DNA of 64,000 bases, from positions 259-64,258 of the forward strand of contig CAYSBL010000006.1 in NCBI GenBank assembly GCA_964429295.1, given 5' to 3'. Position numbers and translations under genes: made by a program. The DNA comes from an uncultured Rikenellaceae bacterium (GTDB lineage: Bacteria; Bacteroidota; Bacteroidia; Bacteroidales; VadinHA17). Positions 45,313 to 56,183 of this stretch are shown one piece after another (the first letter of the stretch is position 1; each line of letters starts with the position of its first letter). The notes under the pieces are model-generated. The model saw nothing but the letters and a program-made list of their open reading frames with translations. It was not told the DNA's origin and did not search any database.

Positions 45313-46656
45313 ATGGAATTGAACAATCTTACGGCCATTTCTCCCATCGACGGACGTTACCGGCACAAAACCGGGGAGCTTGACAGGTACTTTTCTGAAT
45401 TTGCACTTATTAAGTACAGATTGATGGTGGAAATTGAATATTTCATTGCATTATGTGAAATACCGCTTCCCCGGCTTTCAGATTTCGGCAAGGAATATTA
45501 TTCGGAGCTGAGGGCTTTTTATGAGGATTTTGACATTAGGGAAGCTGAAAGGATAAAGGAACTGGAAAGGACCACGAACCATGATGTTAAGGCAGTGGAG
45601 TATTATCTGAAGGAGAAATTCTTCCAGTCGGGGTGGGGAAGATGGTCGGAATACATTCATTTTGGTCTTACATCTCAGGACATTAACAATACAGCCATTC
45701 CTCTTTCGCTTAAGGATGCTGTGACTGAGGTTTATTTCCCCCTTCTTTTTGAATTAAGGGAGATGCTTGCAGGGCTTGCAGAGGAATGGAATGATATACC
45801 CATGCTTGCCAGGACTCACGGTCAGCCTGCCTCTCCGACACGGCTTGGAAAGGAGATAAGAGTATTTATTGTGAGGATAGATGAACAGTCAAAGTATTTC
45901 GGGCAGATACCATGGTCGGCAAAATTCGGCGGAGCCACCGGCAATATGAATGCCCATAAAGCAGCATTTCCCGACATTGACTGGATGGAGTTTGCAGACA
46001 GTTTTGTGAATGAGTCACTCGGATTGCAGCGATCTTTCCCGACAACCCAGATCGAGCACTACGACAATCTTGCTGCACTTTTTGACAATCTTCGCAGGAT
46101 TAACGTGATTCTCACCGATCTGACCCGCGATATGTGGTATTATATCTCGCTCGAATATTTCAGGCAGAAAATTCGTAAGGGAGAGATCGGATCGTCGGCT
46201 ATGCCCCATAAGGTAAACCCTATCGATTTTGAGAACAGCGAGGGGAATCTGGGTTACGCCAACGCAATATTTGGATTTATGGCCGAAAAACTTCCTGTGT
46301 CAAGGCTTCAGCGCGACCTTACCGACTCCACTGTACTTAGAAACATAGGAGTTCCCATCGGACATACTGTGATTGCCATGAATTCATTGCTGAAAGGATT
46401 GAACCGGGTAGTGGTCAACAGGGAAAGGATCGAAAGCGATCTGGATAACAACTGGGCTGTTGTTGCTGAAGCAATCCAGACAGTATTAAGAAGGGAAGGA
46501 TTTCACAAACCATATGAAGCATTGCTTGAGCTTGCACGGACCAATCAGAAGATAACCAGAGAATCAATAATAGATTTTATTGATAATCTTGATATCAGCG
46601 AATCCCTGAAATCGGAACTGAAAGGGATAACCCCTTTTAATTATACCGGTTTCTGA
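45313..46656 (+). CDS. purB: adenylosuccinate lyase
   Basis: Contains ISPIDGRY and TSQDINNTA motifs and the GSSAMPHKVNP signature loop. Confidence 0.93.
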   Translation: MELNNLTAISPIDGRYRHKTGELDRYFSEFALIKYRLMVEIEYFIALCEIPLPRLSDFGKEYYSELRAFYEDFDIREAERIKELERTTNHDVKAVEYYLKEKFFQSGWGRWSEYIHFGLTSQDINNTAIPLSLKDAVTEVYFPLLFELREMLAGLAEEWNDIPMLARTHGQPASPTRLGKEIRVFIVRIDEQSKYFGQIPWSAKFGGATGNMNAHKAAFPDIDWMEFADSFVNESLGLQRSFPTTQIEHYDNLAALFDNLRRINVILTDLTRDMWYYISLEYFRQKIRKGEIGSSAMPHKVNPIDFENSEGNLGYANAIFGFMAEKLPVSRLQRDLTDSTVLRNIGVPIGHTVIAMNSLLKGLNRVVVNRERIESDLDNNWAVVAEAIQTVLRREGFHKPYEALLELARTNQKITRESIIDFIDNLDISESLKSELKGITPFNYTGF

Positions 46657-46657
46657 A

Positions 46658-48478
46658 ATGAACAAGGCCAGGCTTCTTCTCAAGTATATCGAACCATATA
46701 AATGGTCGGCAGTCAGGAATATCATCTACAATATCCTCAGTGCACTGTTTGCACTTATCTCATACACTCTTGTAATTCCTTTTCTCCAGATACTCTTTGA
46801 CCGTGTCGGCACTGCACCCGATCCCGGAGAGTTTCAGCTTAACCTCGATTACCTTGGTAATGCAGCCAAATACTACCTGTACGACTTTATTGACACTTAT
46901 GGAGAATTCAGGGCACTGATGCTTGTTTGCCTGATTGTTGTAGGGGCGAGTCTGCTGAAGAACGGATTCATTTTTCTGGCAAACAACAGTATGGCTTTTA
47001 TAAGGGCCTCTGTTGTACGGGATCTTAGGAAGCTTATGTACGACAAAGTGTTGCGTCTCCAGTTGTCATTCTTTTCTGATGCCAGAAAGGGAGATGTAAT
47101 GACCAGGATATCCAATGACGTTCAGGAAATAGAAATTTCGGTGGTATCGTCGCTTACCATGATGTTCAGGGATCCGCTTTATATTCTTTTATTTGTTATA
47201 TACCTGTTTGTGGCAAGCTACCAGCTAACTCTGTTTGCGCTGGTTTTGCTTCCTCTCAGCGGATGGCTCATAGGAAAGGCCAGCCGTACCCTGCGGTCCT
47301 CTTCTTTTGTAGGGCAGCAATATCTGGGCAAGTTATTGTCGGTTGTGGAGGAAACACTCACCGGGCTGCGGATTGTGAAGGGATTCAATGCCGAGGACAA
47401 GATGAAAAGGCAGTTTGCCCAGACCAATGAGCGTTACTCGAAAGTTTTCAAGAGGGTCACACGTAAAGCCTATCTTGCCTCGCCGATAAGTGAATTCCTT
47501 TCTACAATAGTCCTGATGGTCCTTATGTACTTCGGAAGTACGCTTGCGCTTAGAGGTTCAGGAAATATGGGGCAGGAGCAGCTCATTGCCTTCCTGGTGG
47601 TCTTTTCGCAGATCCTTCAGCCGGCTAAGAACATTACAACGGCATGGTTCAGCATCCAGAAAGGTATGGCATCGATCGACAGGATAGATCAGATACTTGA
47701 GGCAGAGGAAACTATTACTGAAAAGCCCGGAGCCCTTCCCGTCAATGAGTTCAGGGATTCGATAGAATTCAGGTCCGTGTGGTACGGTTACAACGATGAG
47801 CCGATACTGAAGGACATCAACCTTACAATCAGGAAAGGTCAGACTGTAGCACTTGTAGGTAAGTCAGGAGCTGGAAAATCGACCCTTGCAGATCTTCTGC
47901 CAAGATTCATGGATGTGGACTCAGGTCAGGTGCTTATAGATGGCCTTGATGTCCGCGACCTCAGGCTTAGGGATTTAAGAAGCATGATGGGGATTGTCAG
48001 CCAGCAGTCGATTCTTTTCAACACCACATTCAGTGAAAATATAGCTTTTGGTGTTGCAGAACCTGATATGGAAAAGGTTTCAGAAGCCGCCCGCATAGCG
48101 AATGCTCACGATTTCATTATGGAAACAGAAAACGGTTATGAGACCGGTGTAGGTGAGGGAGGAACCAAGCTAAGCGGCGGACAACGGCAAAGGATAAGCA
48201 TTGCAAGGGCTATAATGGCCAATCCGCCCATTCTGATTCTCGACGAGGCGACCTCAGCGCTCGATACAGAATCTGAAAGGCTCGTTCAGGAAGCCATTAT
48301 CAACCTGATGAAAAACAGGACCTCTGTCGTGATTGCTCACCGTCTTTCCACCATACAGCATGCAGATCTTATAGTGGTGATAGATAACGGCAGGATCATA
48401 GAGACCGGCACCCATGCCGAACTTATGGCAAACGAAGAAGGATACTACAGGAAACTTCACAGTTATCAGGCAATCTGA
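46658..48478 (+). CDS. ABC transporter, fused permease/ATPase, MsbA-like exporter
   Basis: Six N-terminal TM helices, Walker A GKSGAGKST, signature LSGGQRQR and Walker B ILILDEATS. The ATG lies 1 nt after the purB stop. Confidence 0.85.
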   Translation: MNKARLLLKYIEPYKWSAVRNIIYNILSALFALISYTLVIPFLQILFDRVGTAPDPGEFQLNLDYLGNAAKYYLYDFIDTYGEFRALMLVCLIVVGASLLKNGFIFLANNSMAFIRASVVRDLRKLMYDKVLRLQLSFFSDARKGDVMTRISNDVQEIEISVVSSLTMMFRDPLYILLFVIYLFVASYQLTLFALVLLPLSGWLIGKASRTLRSSSFVGQQYLGKLLSVVEETLTGLRIVKGFNAEDKMKRQFAQTNERYSKVFKRVTRKAYLASPISEFLSTIVLMVLMYFGSTLALRGSGNMGQEQLIAFLVVFSQILQPAKNITTAWFSIQKGMASIDRIDQILEAEETITEKPGALPVNEFRDSIEFRSVWYGYNDEPILKDINLTIRKGQTVALVGKSGAGKSTLADLLPRFMDVDSGQVLIDGLDVRDLRLRDLRSMMGIVSQQSILFNTTFSENIAFGVAEPDMEKVSEAARIANAHDFIMETENGYETGVGEGGTKLSGGQRQRISIARAIMANPPILILDEATSALDTESERLVQEAIINLMKNRTSVVIAHRLSTIQHADLIVVIDNGRIIETGTHAELMANEEGYYRKLHSYQAI

Positions 48479-48500
48479 ACGACTGGCGGTAAGCTTTAAA

Positions 48501-51500
48501 ATGGCAGGTATGGAAGGAAAGTTTATATACAAGGCACTTATTCTGTCCTTGCTTTTATTCCTGCCTGTCGATCCTCATGTTGCAGCACAGGCGGACTTTT
48601 CATATCAGTCGGATTATTATTATCTCAAGGGAAAGGATGCTGCCTCGCTTCCGGAGTCATGGAAGGATACCGGATTTAACTGTTCATCATGGATGAAGGC
48701 AAAGGCTCCCTTCAGGTATGGGAACGGAGCAGGAGGAACTGAGCTGACTGATATGCAAAACAGCTACACAACCTTGTATCTGAGGTCGGAGTTTGAGTGC
48801 AGAAATAAGGATCTGATCAAGGAGCTTGTTATTACTGCAGATTATGACGACGGATTTATTGTCTGGATAAACGGTTCTCTTGCACTGACGGTGAATGCTC
48901 CGGCAGTGCCTTCCTGGAATGGTGTGGCTCCGGCCAATCATGAATCAGGTTCTGGTGTATTATTTACACTTGATGCCGCTGCGGCCGGACTTGTTGAGGG
49001 GATGAACTGCATTGCTATTCAGGGATTTAACGTAAGTTCTGGCAGTTCAGATTTTTATCTTGATTTTGAGATCCATGCTGAAATCAGCCTGCCGCAGCTT
49101 ACCGACACTCTCGGGCTGGATTTTTCTGCCCTTCCGGGTTACTATGATACCCCATTCATTCTTACGGTCTCTTCACCTGACCCCGGTAACGAGATTACCT
49201 ATACTCTCGACGGAAGCAATCCTCAGAATTCGGTGACCGCATTCAGGTCACCTAATCCTGCATTGATTACTATTGATCCTGAAAGCAGTGAAGGACGACC
49301 GGTTGCTCCATCGGTAACTGTAAGGGCTTCTCCCTCGCGGCCCGGGATGAAACCTGCTCTGCCATCGACGAGGACATACATTTTTCCTGAGAAAGTCAGA
49401 ACCCAGAAATGGCCGGGAGGAAGCTGGCCTCAAAACAGTGTTTATGGACAGATAATAGATCTGGAAATGGATCCTGATGTAGTGGAGGATCCCATTTATT
49501 CTTCCTTGCTTCCCGGGTCCCTGCTTGGTATACCGGCGGTTTCGATCGTAACCGACAATAAAAACCTTTTCGATCCGGCTTCAGGTATCTATGTTAATGC
49601 AAAGGGTCATGGACTTGAATGGGAAAGAGAATGCAGTGTCGAGCTCATTTATCCCGATGGACAGGAGGGCTTCAGCATCAATGCGGGTTTAAGGATTCGC
49701 GGAGGTTACAGCCGTAATGACGAATTTCCAAAACATGCGTTCCGTCTCTTCTTCAGAGAGAAATATGGATACGACAAGCTCAGATATCCCCTTTTCGGAG
49801 ATGAAGGAGTTGATGTGTTTGATAAGATCGACCTAAGAGCAGAACAGAATTATTCCTGGAGCAATGGTCAGTCAAATAATTCCATGGTTCGGGAGGTTTT
49901 TTCGCGCGATACCCAGCGTGATATAGGCCAGCCCTATACCCGAAGCAGATATTATCATTTGTACCTCAATGGTATGTACTGGGGATTGTATCAGTCGCAG
50001 GAAAGGTCAGAGGCAAGGTATGGTCAGTCGTATTTTGGAGGAAGTGAGGACGACTATGATGTGATAAAGGTTAATACTGAAAATGGTTACCTGGTGGAGG
50101 CCACTGACGGATCGCTCGATTCATGGAAGTCGTTGTACAACATGTGTAACAAGGGATTTAAGTCTGATGCCGACTACTTCAGGATTGAAGGCAGGGATGC
50201 CTATGGTAAACCTGTCAGAGGAGGAGAGATCATGGTTGATATTGACAACCTGATAGATTTCATGTGCGTCATTTTCTATACTGGCAACTTTGATTCGCCA
50301 ACGGCGGTTTTTATGCAAAACAAGAAAGCTAATAATTTTTATGCCATCGACGACAGGGAAGACAGGTCTGAAGGATTTACCTTTTATATACATGATGCAG
50401 AACATTCGATGTTTGACGAACCCCACAACCCGGGAATCGGATTGTTTGAAGACAGGGTAAATATTGGGATAAGGACAGATGGTTTGCGCATGGAGGTCAG
50501 TGATATTACCAGGTTCCATCCCCAGTGGCTTCATTTCAGGCTTTCAGATAATCCTGAGTACCGCATCCGTTTTGCCGACAGGGCATGGCAGCATTTCTCC
50601 GATTCGGGAGTTCTTTCCCCCGCAGCCGCTTTAGCCCGGCTTGAAAGCAGGGTCGCTGAAGCAGATGCCGCGGTAGTTGCAGAGTCAGCTCGATGGGGTG
50701 ATTCAAGGAGAACCGGTGCGCCTTACACGAAAGAAGCCAACTGGATCCCGGAAATCAATAAAATCAGGAACCGGTTCATTCCTGAAAGGACCAGGATTGT
50801 AATTAACCAGCTTAAACAGGCAGGACTCTTTCCTCTTGTCAGGGCGCCACAGATATCAGGAGACAAAGGAATTATTGATCAGAATGGAATGGTTCTGACC
50901 GGATCTGTGAATGTAACCATTGAAAATCCTAATTCATCAGGGACCATCTACTATACTCTCGATGGTTCAGATCCGCGCAAGACGGGAGGAGGTGTAAACA
51001 AGGGAGTGCTGTTTTCTTTGAACAGGGCGACTTTGAACATCGATGAATCAACCATTATCAGGGCAAGGATACTGTCTGACGGCAACTGGAGTGCAATCGT
51101 ACAGGCAAGCTTCTTCAGGCAGGATGAGGATTACAGCAAGCTTAAAATAACGGAACTTAATTACCATCCTCCGGATGTTATTACCGGATCGGATACAATC
51201 GACGGTAAGGACCTTGAGTTCATAGAATTCAAGAATACCGCGAATCATTCAATCAATCTTGGCGGCCTTCAGATCGATTCGGCTGTTCACTACAGTTTCC
51301 CCGAAAAGTTCATCCTGCCTCCCAGGCAGTTTTTCGTTGTTGCATCCAAGCCTTCCGAATTCTTCAGTTATTATGGAATGATACCATCGGGAAATTATGA
51401 GGGTAACCTTTCAAATGCAGGAGAGGAAATACTTGTCAGGGACAGGAATGGAGCTGAAGTAATCCGTTTTACTTATGTTGATTCCCCTCCATGGCCGGAT

Positions 51501-51905
51501 GAAGCCGACGGTGGCGGATATTCAATTGCTTCGGCTGAGATTAATCCGGACGGAGATCCGGGTGTTCATACGTACTGGGCACCATCGGTGAAGAAGGATG
51601 GAAATCCTTTTGCCGATAATATCGTGACACCTGATGATCCCTTTGATCCTGTTCCCGATGGATCGCTGCTTGTTTATCCGAATCCCACCACCGGAGTGGT
51701 AACGGTTCAGGTAATTGCCGGTGAAGACCTCGAGGAGATGGAAATCGAAATATACTCGTCGGGAGGCAGGCTGATGAGAAGGCTGAAAATAGGCAATCCC
51801 GGGATGGTTGATCTGAAATCTGAAGGACTTCCGGCAGGATTCTATATCTTAGGGGTCAAAACAAGTGAGTATTCAGCGAAAAAGGCAATTATTCTGATCA
51901 AGTAG
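48501..51905 (+). CDS. large secreted CotH-kinase-like protein with lamin-tail domain (LTD) and T9SS C-terminal sorting domain
   Basis: The signal peptide starts after MAGMEGKF. The CotH core is YYHLYLNGMYWGLYQSQER. The LTD is ITELNYHPP...LEFIEFKNTANHSINLGGL. The T9SS CTD is LLVYPNPTTGVVTVQV...GFYILGV. The track start at 48414 overlaps the ABC gene, so the ATG at 48501 is preferred. Confidence 0.75.
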   Translation: MAGMEGKFIYKALILSLLLFLPVDPHVAAQADFSYQSDYYYLKGKDAASLPESWKDTGFNCSSWMKAKAPFRYGNGAGGTELTDMQNSYTTLYLRSEFECRNKDLIKELVITADYDDGFIVWINGSLALTVNAPAVPSWNGVAPANHESGSGVLFTLDAAAAGLVEGMNCIAIQGFNVSSGSSDFYLDFEIHAEISLPQLTDTLGLDFSALPGYYDTPFILTVSSPDPGNEITYTLDGSNPQNSVTAFRSPNPALITIDPESSEGRPVAPSVTVRASPSRPGMKPALPSTRTYIFPEKVRTQKWPGGSWPQNSVYGQIIDLEMDPDVVEDPIYSSLLPGSLLGIPAVSIVTDNKNLFDPASGIYVNAKGHGLEWERECSVELIYPDGQEGFSINAGLRIRGGYSRNDEFPKHAFRLFFREKYGYDKLRYPLFGDEGVDVFDKIDLRAEQNYSWSNGQSNNSMVREVFSRDTQRDIGQPYTRSRYYHLYLNGMYWGLYQSQERSEARYGQSYFGGSEDDYDVIKVNTENGYLVEATDGSLDSWKSLYNMCNKGFKSDADYFRIEGRDAYGKPVRGGEIMVDIDNLIDFMCVIFYTGNFDSPTAVFMQNKKANNFYAIDDREDRSEGFTFYIHDAEHSMFDEPHNPGIGLFEDRVNIGIRTDGLRMEVSDITRFHPQWLHFRLSDNPEYRIRFADRAWQHFSDSGVLSPAAALARLESRVAEADAAVVAESARWGDSRRTGAPYTKEANWIPEINKIRNRFIPERTRIVINQLKQAGLFPLVRAPQISGDKGIIDQNGMVLTGSVNVTIENPNSSGTIYYTLDGSDPRKTGGGVNKGVLFSLNRATLNIDESTIIRARILSDGNWSAIVQASFFRQDEDYSKLKITELNYHPPDVITGSDTIDGKDLEFIEFKNTANHSINLGGLQIDSAVHYSFPEKFILPPRQFFVVASKPSEFFSYYGMIPSGNYEGNLSNAGEEILVRDRNGAEVIRFTYVDSPPWPDEADGGGYSIASAEINPDGDPGVHTYWAPSVKKDGNPFADNIVTPDDPFDPVPDGSLLVYPNPTTGVVTVQVIAGEDLEEMEIEIYSSGGRLMRRLKIGNPGMVDLKSEGLPAGFYILGVKTSEYSAKKAIILIK

Positions 51906-51923
51906 AAATTAAAACACCAAACC

Positions 51924-53744
51924 ATGATAAGAAGAGTTTTTCTGGCAGGTCTTTCTGTTATTTTGTTAACAGTGACAGGGTTTTCTCAGAAGGCAAAGAC
52001 GCGGCACACATTTGCTCTCGGGACAACCGAGTTTTTACTGGATGACAGTCCGTTTCAGATAATAAGCGGCGAGTTGCATCCTTCAAGGATACCGGCAGAG
52101 TATTGGCAGCACAGGATACAAATGGCAAAAGCCATGGGATGCAACACTATAAGCGTTTATATAATGTGGAATTACCATGAACAGCAGGAGGGGGTCTTTG
52201 ATTTTGAAACCGAAGACAGGAACCTGGCCCGGTTCTTCAACCTTGTGGAAGAAGAGGGCTTATGGCTTATTGTGCGTCCGGGACCCTATGTGTGTGCTGA
52301 ATGGGAACTTGGCGGAATTCCTCCTTACCTTCTCAGGATCCCCGACATAAAGCTCAGATGTATGGATCCCAGGTATATGGCAGCGGCGGAACGTTACATT
52401 GGTAAGCTTGCCGAAGTGATTAAGCCTTTCCAGGTAACCAACGGGGGGCCGTTGCTTATGGTTCAGATAGAAAATGAATACGGCAGTTTTGGAAACGACA
52501 GGAACTACCTTGCACGCCTGAAGGAGGTGTGGACGGAGAACGGGATAGATGTGCCCTTCTTCACCGGCGACGGACCAACGACCTATATGCTTGAAGCAGG
52601 TACTCTGCCGGGCTGTGCTGTCGGACTTGATTCGGGAAGCAGACCGGAACACTTCGAGCTTGCGGCCAAAATGAACCCCGGAGTACCAGTATTCAGCAGC
52701 GAGACATATCCGGGGTGGCTTACCCACTGGGGTGAAAAATGGGCAAGACCTGATACAGCCAGTCTGATGAAGGAGGTTAAGTTCCTGATGGATAACAGGA
52801 AATCATTCAATTTCTATGTCATACACGGCGGAACGAACTTCGGATTCACTGCCGGCGCCAATTCAGGAGGCAAGGGATACGAACCGGACGTGACCAGCTA
52901 TGATTACGATGCTCCGATTGACGAGCAGGGCCGGCCAACAGCGAAATACATGTCGCTCAGGAATCTGATCGGATCATATCTGCCCAAGGGAAAGAAACTT
53001 CCACCTGTCCCTGAGCCGATCCCTGCCTATGAAATTCCTTCAATAGGTCTTACAGTGTTCTCGTCGGTCTGGGACAATCTGCCGGAAGCCGTTAGTTCAG
53101 TTCAGCCCAAACCATTTGAGGCCTACGGCCAGGATTACGGATTCATTCTTTATTCAACCGAGCTGATCGGCCACAAAAAAGGCAAACTCACGGTGACTGA
53201 TCTTCATGATTATGCAACCGTTTTTCTAAACGGAGAATTCATAGGCACTCTCGACAGAAGGGAGGGCATCAATACAATCGAAATACCCGAAAGTAAAGCG
53301 GAACGCCCGCGTCTTGAAATTCTGGTGGAGGGAATGGGACGCATCAACTTTGCCCAGCATCTCATTGACAGAAAAGGAATAACCGACAGGGTTACACTGA
53401 ACGGGATGACTCTGATGAACTGGAAAGTTTATAATCTTCCCATGGATCACAAATTCATTTATGAACTCAGATCATCGAACAGAAATCCGGGAAAGAAGGG
53501 TATATTCTTCAAGGGTAATTTCTTTCTTTCAGCGCCCGGTGATACATTTCTGGATGTGTCGAATTTCCAGAAAGGGATTGTATGGGTGAATGGTCATAAC
53601 CTTGGCCGTTACTGGAATATCGGACCTCAGAAAAGGCTGTACTGCCCGGCCACAATTCTTAGAAAAGGCAATAACGAAATGCTCGTATTTGACCTGCTTG
53701 AGACTGATTCGCAGATAGTAGTTGGCTTCAAGACAGCGGAATAG
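51924..53744 (+). CDS. glycoside hydrolase family 35 beta-galactosidase
   Basis: FQIISGELHPSRIPAEYWQHRIQMAKAMGCNTISVYIMWNYHE and QIENEYG (acid/base Glu) are present. It has a signal peptide. Confidence 0.85.
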   Translation: MIRRVFLAGLSVILLTVTGFSQKAKTRHTFALGTTEFLLDDSPFQIISGELHPSRIPAEYWQHRIQMAKAMGCNTISVYIMWNYHEQQEGVFDFETEDRNLARFFNLVEEEGLWLIVRPGPYVCAEWELGGIPPYLLRIPDIKLRCMDPRYMAAAERYIGKLAEVIKPFQVTNGGPLLMVQIENEYGSFGNDRNYLARLKEVWTENGIDVPFFTGDGPTTYMLEAGTLPGCAVGLDSGSRPEHFELAAKMNPGVPVFSSETYPGWLTHWGEKWARPDTASLMKEVKFLMDNRKSFNFYVIHGGTNFGFTAGANSGGKGYEPDVTSYDYDAPIDEQGRPTAKYMSLRNLIGSYLPKGKKLPPVPEPIPAYEIPSIGLTVFSSVWDNLPEAVSSVQPKPFEAYGQDYGFILYSTELIGHKKGKLTVTDLHDYATVFLNGEFIGTLDRREGINTIEIPESKAERPRLEILVEGMGRINFAQHLIDRKGITDRVTLNGMTLMNWKVYNLPMDHKFIYELRSSNRNPGKKGIFFKGNFFLSAPGDTFLDVSNFQKGIVWVNGHNLGRYWNIGPQKRLYCPATILRKGNNEMLVFDLLETDSQIVVGFKTAE

Positions 53745-53756
53745 AAAGACAAAACA

Positions 53757-53790
53757 GAAAAAAGGAGCGTCATAAGGCGCTCCTTTTTTT
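53757..53790. terminator. bidirectional Rho-independent terminator between convergent genes
   Basis: The sequence reads AAAAAA-AGGAGCG-(8-nt loop)-CGCTCCT-TTTTTT. The stem is flanked by an A-run and a T-run. Confidence 0.75.
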
Positions 53791-53813
53791 ATGCTGAAAA
53801 TTGTTGACGGGAA

Positions 53814-54761
53814 TCAAACAAGGATCCTGGTGGTCAGGTTGGTTATACTTTTCTGAATGTCAGCGAACATGTCGCCATCCCTTGTCTCATCCTGTTCAAC
53901 TATCATATACTTCATTCCTGCAATATCCTTTGCTGCAATTATATCCTTGAACGGAACCACTCCTTCACCTACGGGAGCGATGTTGTCCTTTACCACATCA
54001 AAGTAAGGAGGCATCTGAGTATAACCGTCCTTCAGGTGGAAAAGAGGGAATCTTCCCGGATACTTGTTGAAGATATCCACCGGATTGTGGCCGGCCTGGG
54101 TAACCCAGAACATATCCATTTCCATGACCACCAGATCTTTGTCTAATTCGGCAAGCATAATATCGAAATAGGGTACTTTGCCTTCAACGGTGGCAAACTC
54201 GAAGTTGTGGTTATGATACCCAAACTGAAGTCCGAATTCCTTCATTACCTTACCTATCTCATTCCAGTTGGCTGCCATTTTCTGGTAAGTAGCGACCGAG
54301 TTTCTCATTTCTTCCACGATCCATGGCTGAATGCAGTATTTGGCTCCGATAAGGGCATGGTCCTCAGCCATTTTTCTGGCACTCTCGAGGGTAACTCCGA
54401 CTCCCTCAACCTGAGTGTGGCTGCTCAGAATCTCCATTCCGAGATCATTTACCATTTTTTTGAAGTCTGCCGGGGAGTAACCGTAGAATTTACCATCAAC
54501 GTAATCGGCAAGTTCAACATATTTATAACCCAGGTCGGAAACTTTTTTGAGTGAACCCGGAACATCGGCTGTCATAGCATCCCTTATGGTATAAAGCTGA
54601 AGCCCAAGGCCGAATGATTTGGGATCAACATTTTCTGGTTCCGCAACCTTTGCTGCCTTATTGGAGGCATTCCGGCAGGACGACTGTGATAGAACAAAAG
54701 CTCCGAGAGCGCCGGCCGCTGACACCCTCAGAAAATCTCTCCTGGATTGTGATTTTTTCAT
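53814..54761 (-). CDS. xylose-isomerase-like TIM-barrel protein (sugar phosphate isomerase/epimerase) with Tat signal
   Basis: Has an N-terminal twin-arginine motif, SRRDFLRVSAAGALGA. The remainder is AP-endonuclease-2/XylA-like TIM-barrel sequence. Confidence 0.65.
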   Translation of the reverse strand: MKKSQSRRDFLRVSAAGALGAFVLSQSSCRNASNKAAKVAEPENVDPKSFGLGLQLYTIRDAMTADVPGSLKKVSDLGYKYVELADYVDGKFYGYSPADFKKMVNDLGMEILSSHTQVEGVGVTLESARKMAEDHALIGAKYCIQPWIVEEMRNSVATYQKMAANWNEIGKVMKEFGLQFGYHNHNFEFATVEGKVPYFDIMLAELDKDLVVMEMDMFWVTQAGHNPVDIFNKYPGRFPLFHLKDGYTQMPPYFDVVKDNIAPVGEGVVPFKDIIAAKDIAGMKYMIVEQDETRDGDMFADIQKSITNLTTRILV

Positions 54762-54997
54762 GGTATAATTTCTAAATAATTATGAGTTAATTGTTTGTTT
54801 AAACGAAGTTCAATTGTCAAAAATAATACAATTCTTAAATCAATTTATTCGAAATGCTATTTTTCTGTTTTACGCCGGCGGGGTATTTATCCCGTTTTTT
54901 GTTTAATTTTATAAACCGGCCATTTTTTCCCGGGGTTAAGAAGGTACGCCTTAAGCTGCAACTGTAAAATAAAATTTTTAACCAATATAAAAGGTAC

Positions 54998-56176
54998 ATG
55001 TACAGGACAATTCTTATGCTGACAATCGTTCTGCTTTCTTCCTGCGGTTCACTTACTGAATCCGGGAAAAAGACAGATACTGAACTGAAGTGGTCGGTCA
55101 GGATGGCCAATACGGTTATAAACCGCTCTGACAGTCTGATCTACTATGTCGACAGGCACCCGAAATGGGCATATGATGTTGCTTTTCTTGGAATGGCTAT
55201 TGACCGGCTTGGTTCCATGGACCCAAAATTCTCAAATTACATGGAGGACTGGGTGGATTATTTCGTCAGGGAAGATGGCAGCGTCGTTGATTACAGAAAA
55301 GAGGAGTATAATCTCGACAGGATCTTTCCCGGGAGGAATGTCCTTACGGTCTATGGAAGGAAAGGGGATGACAAATACAGGATAGCTCTTGATGGTTTTA
55401 TTGATCAGCTGCGCGATCATCCCTTAACAAACTCGGGAGGGTACTGGCATAAGAAGATCTATCCCTGGCAGATGTGGCTTGACGGGATTTTTATGGGATC
55501 GACCTTTATGGTGCAGTATGCGTCCAGTTTTAATGCTCCCGAATGGTACGACGTTGCTGTGAACCAGGCACGGATGGCTTATGAGAAGACACTCGATCCG
55601 GAATCAGGATTACTGATGCATGCCTGGGATGAAAGCCGGGAGCAGAAGTGGTGTGATCCCGCGACAGGCCGCTCGCATTTTCCCTGGAGCCGTGCAACAG
55701 GCTGGTATCTTATGGCTCTTACAGATATACTGGAATATCTGCCTGAGGAACATCCTGGAAGAGGCGATCTGATTCATATCCTGCAATCGACATCTGAAGC
55801 TCTTCTCAAAGTGCAGGATGCAGAGACCGGACTCTGGTTTCAGGTGCTTAATCAGGGCAACAGGGAAGGAAACTATATTGAAGGTTCCGGCTCTGCCATG
55901 TTCGCTTATGTATTTGCACGAGCAGCAAAAGCAGGGTATCTCGACAAGAAATATCTTGAAATCGCAGGAAAGGCCTTTGATAACATTGTTAAGGAGCTCA
56001 TAACCGTAGATGCGGACGGAAATCTGACCATGCACAATATAGTCGGAGGATGCGGCCTGGGAGGTAATCCTTACCGCGACGGCTCATACGAATATTATAT
56101 CAACGAGAAACGCGTCGACAATGATACCAAGGGTGTAGCTCCCTTTATTCTGGCAGCCCTGGAACTGGATAAGTAA
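54998..56176 (+). CDS. GH105/GH88-type unsaturated rhamnogalacturonyl (glucuronyl) hydrolase, YteR-like
   Basis: GGYWHKKIYPWQMWLDGIFMG and WSRATGW motifs are typical of YteR-like (alpha/alpha)6 hydrolases. A lipoprotein-type signal (LLSSCGS) is present. Confidence 0.75.
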   Translation: MYRTILMLTIVLLSSCGSLTESGKKTDTELKWSVRMANTVINRSDSLIYYVDRHPKWAYDVAFLGMAIDRLGSMDPKFSNYMEDWVDYFVREDGSVVDYRKEEYNLDRIFPGRNVLTVYGRKGDDKYRIALDGFIDQLRDHPLTNSGGYWHKKIYPWQMWLDGIFMGSTFMVQYASSFNAPEWYDVAVNQARMAYEKTLDPESGLLMHAWDESREQKWCDPATGRSHFPWSRATGWYLMALTDILEYLPEEHPGRGDLIHILQSTSEALLKVQDAETGLWFQVLNQGNREGNYIEGSGSAMFAYVFARAAKAGYLDKKYLEIAGKAFDNIVKELITVDADGNLTMHNIVGGCGLGGNPYRDGSYEYYINEKRVDNDTKGVAPFILAALELDK

Positions 56177-56183
56177 GACTATA

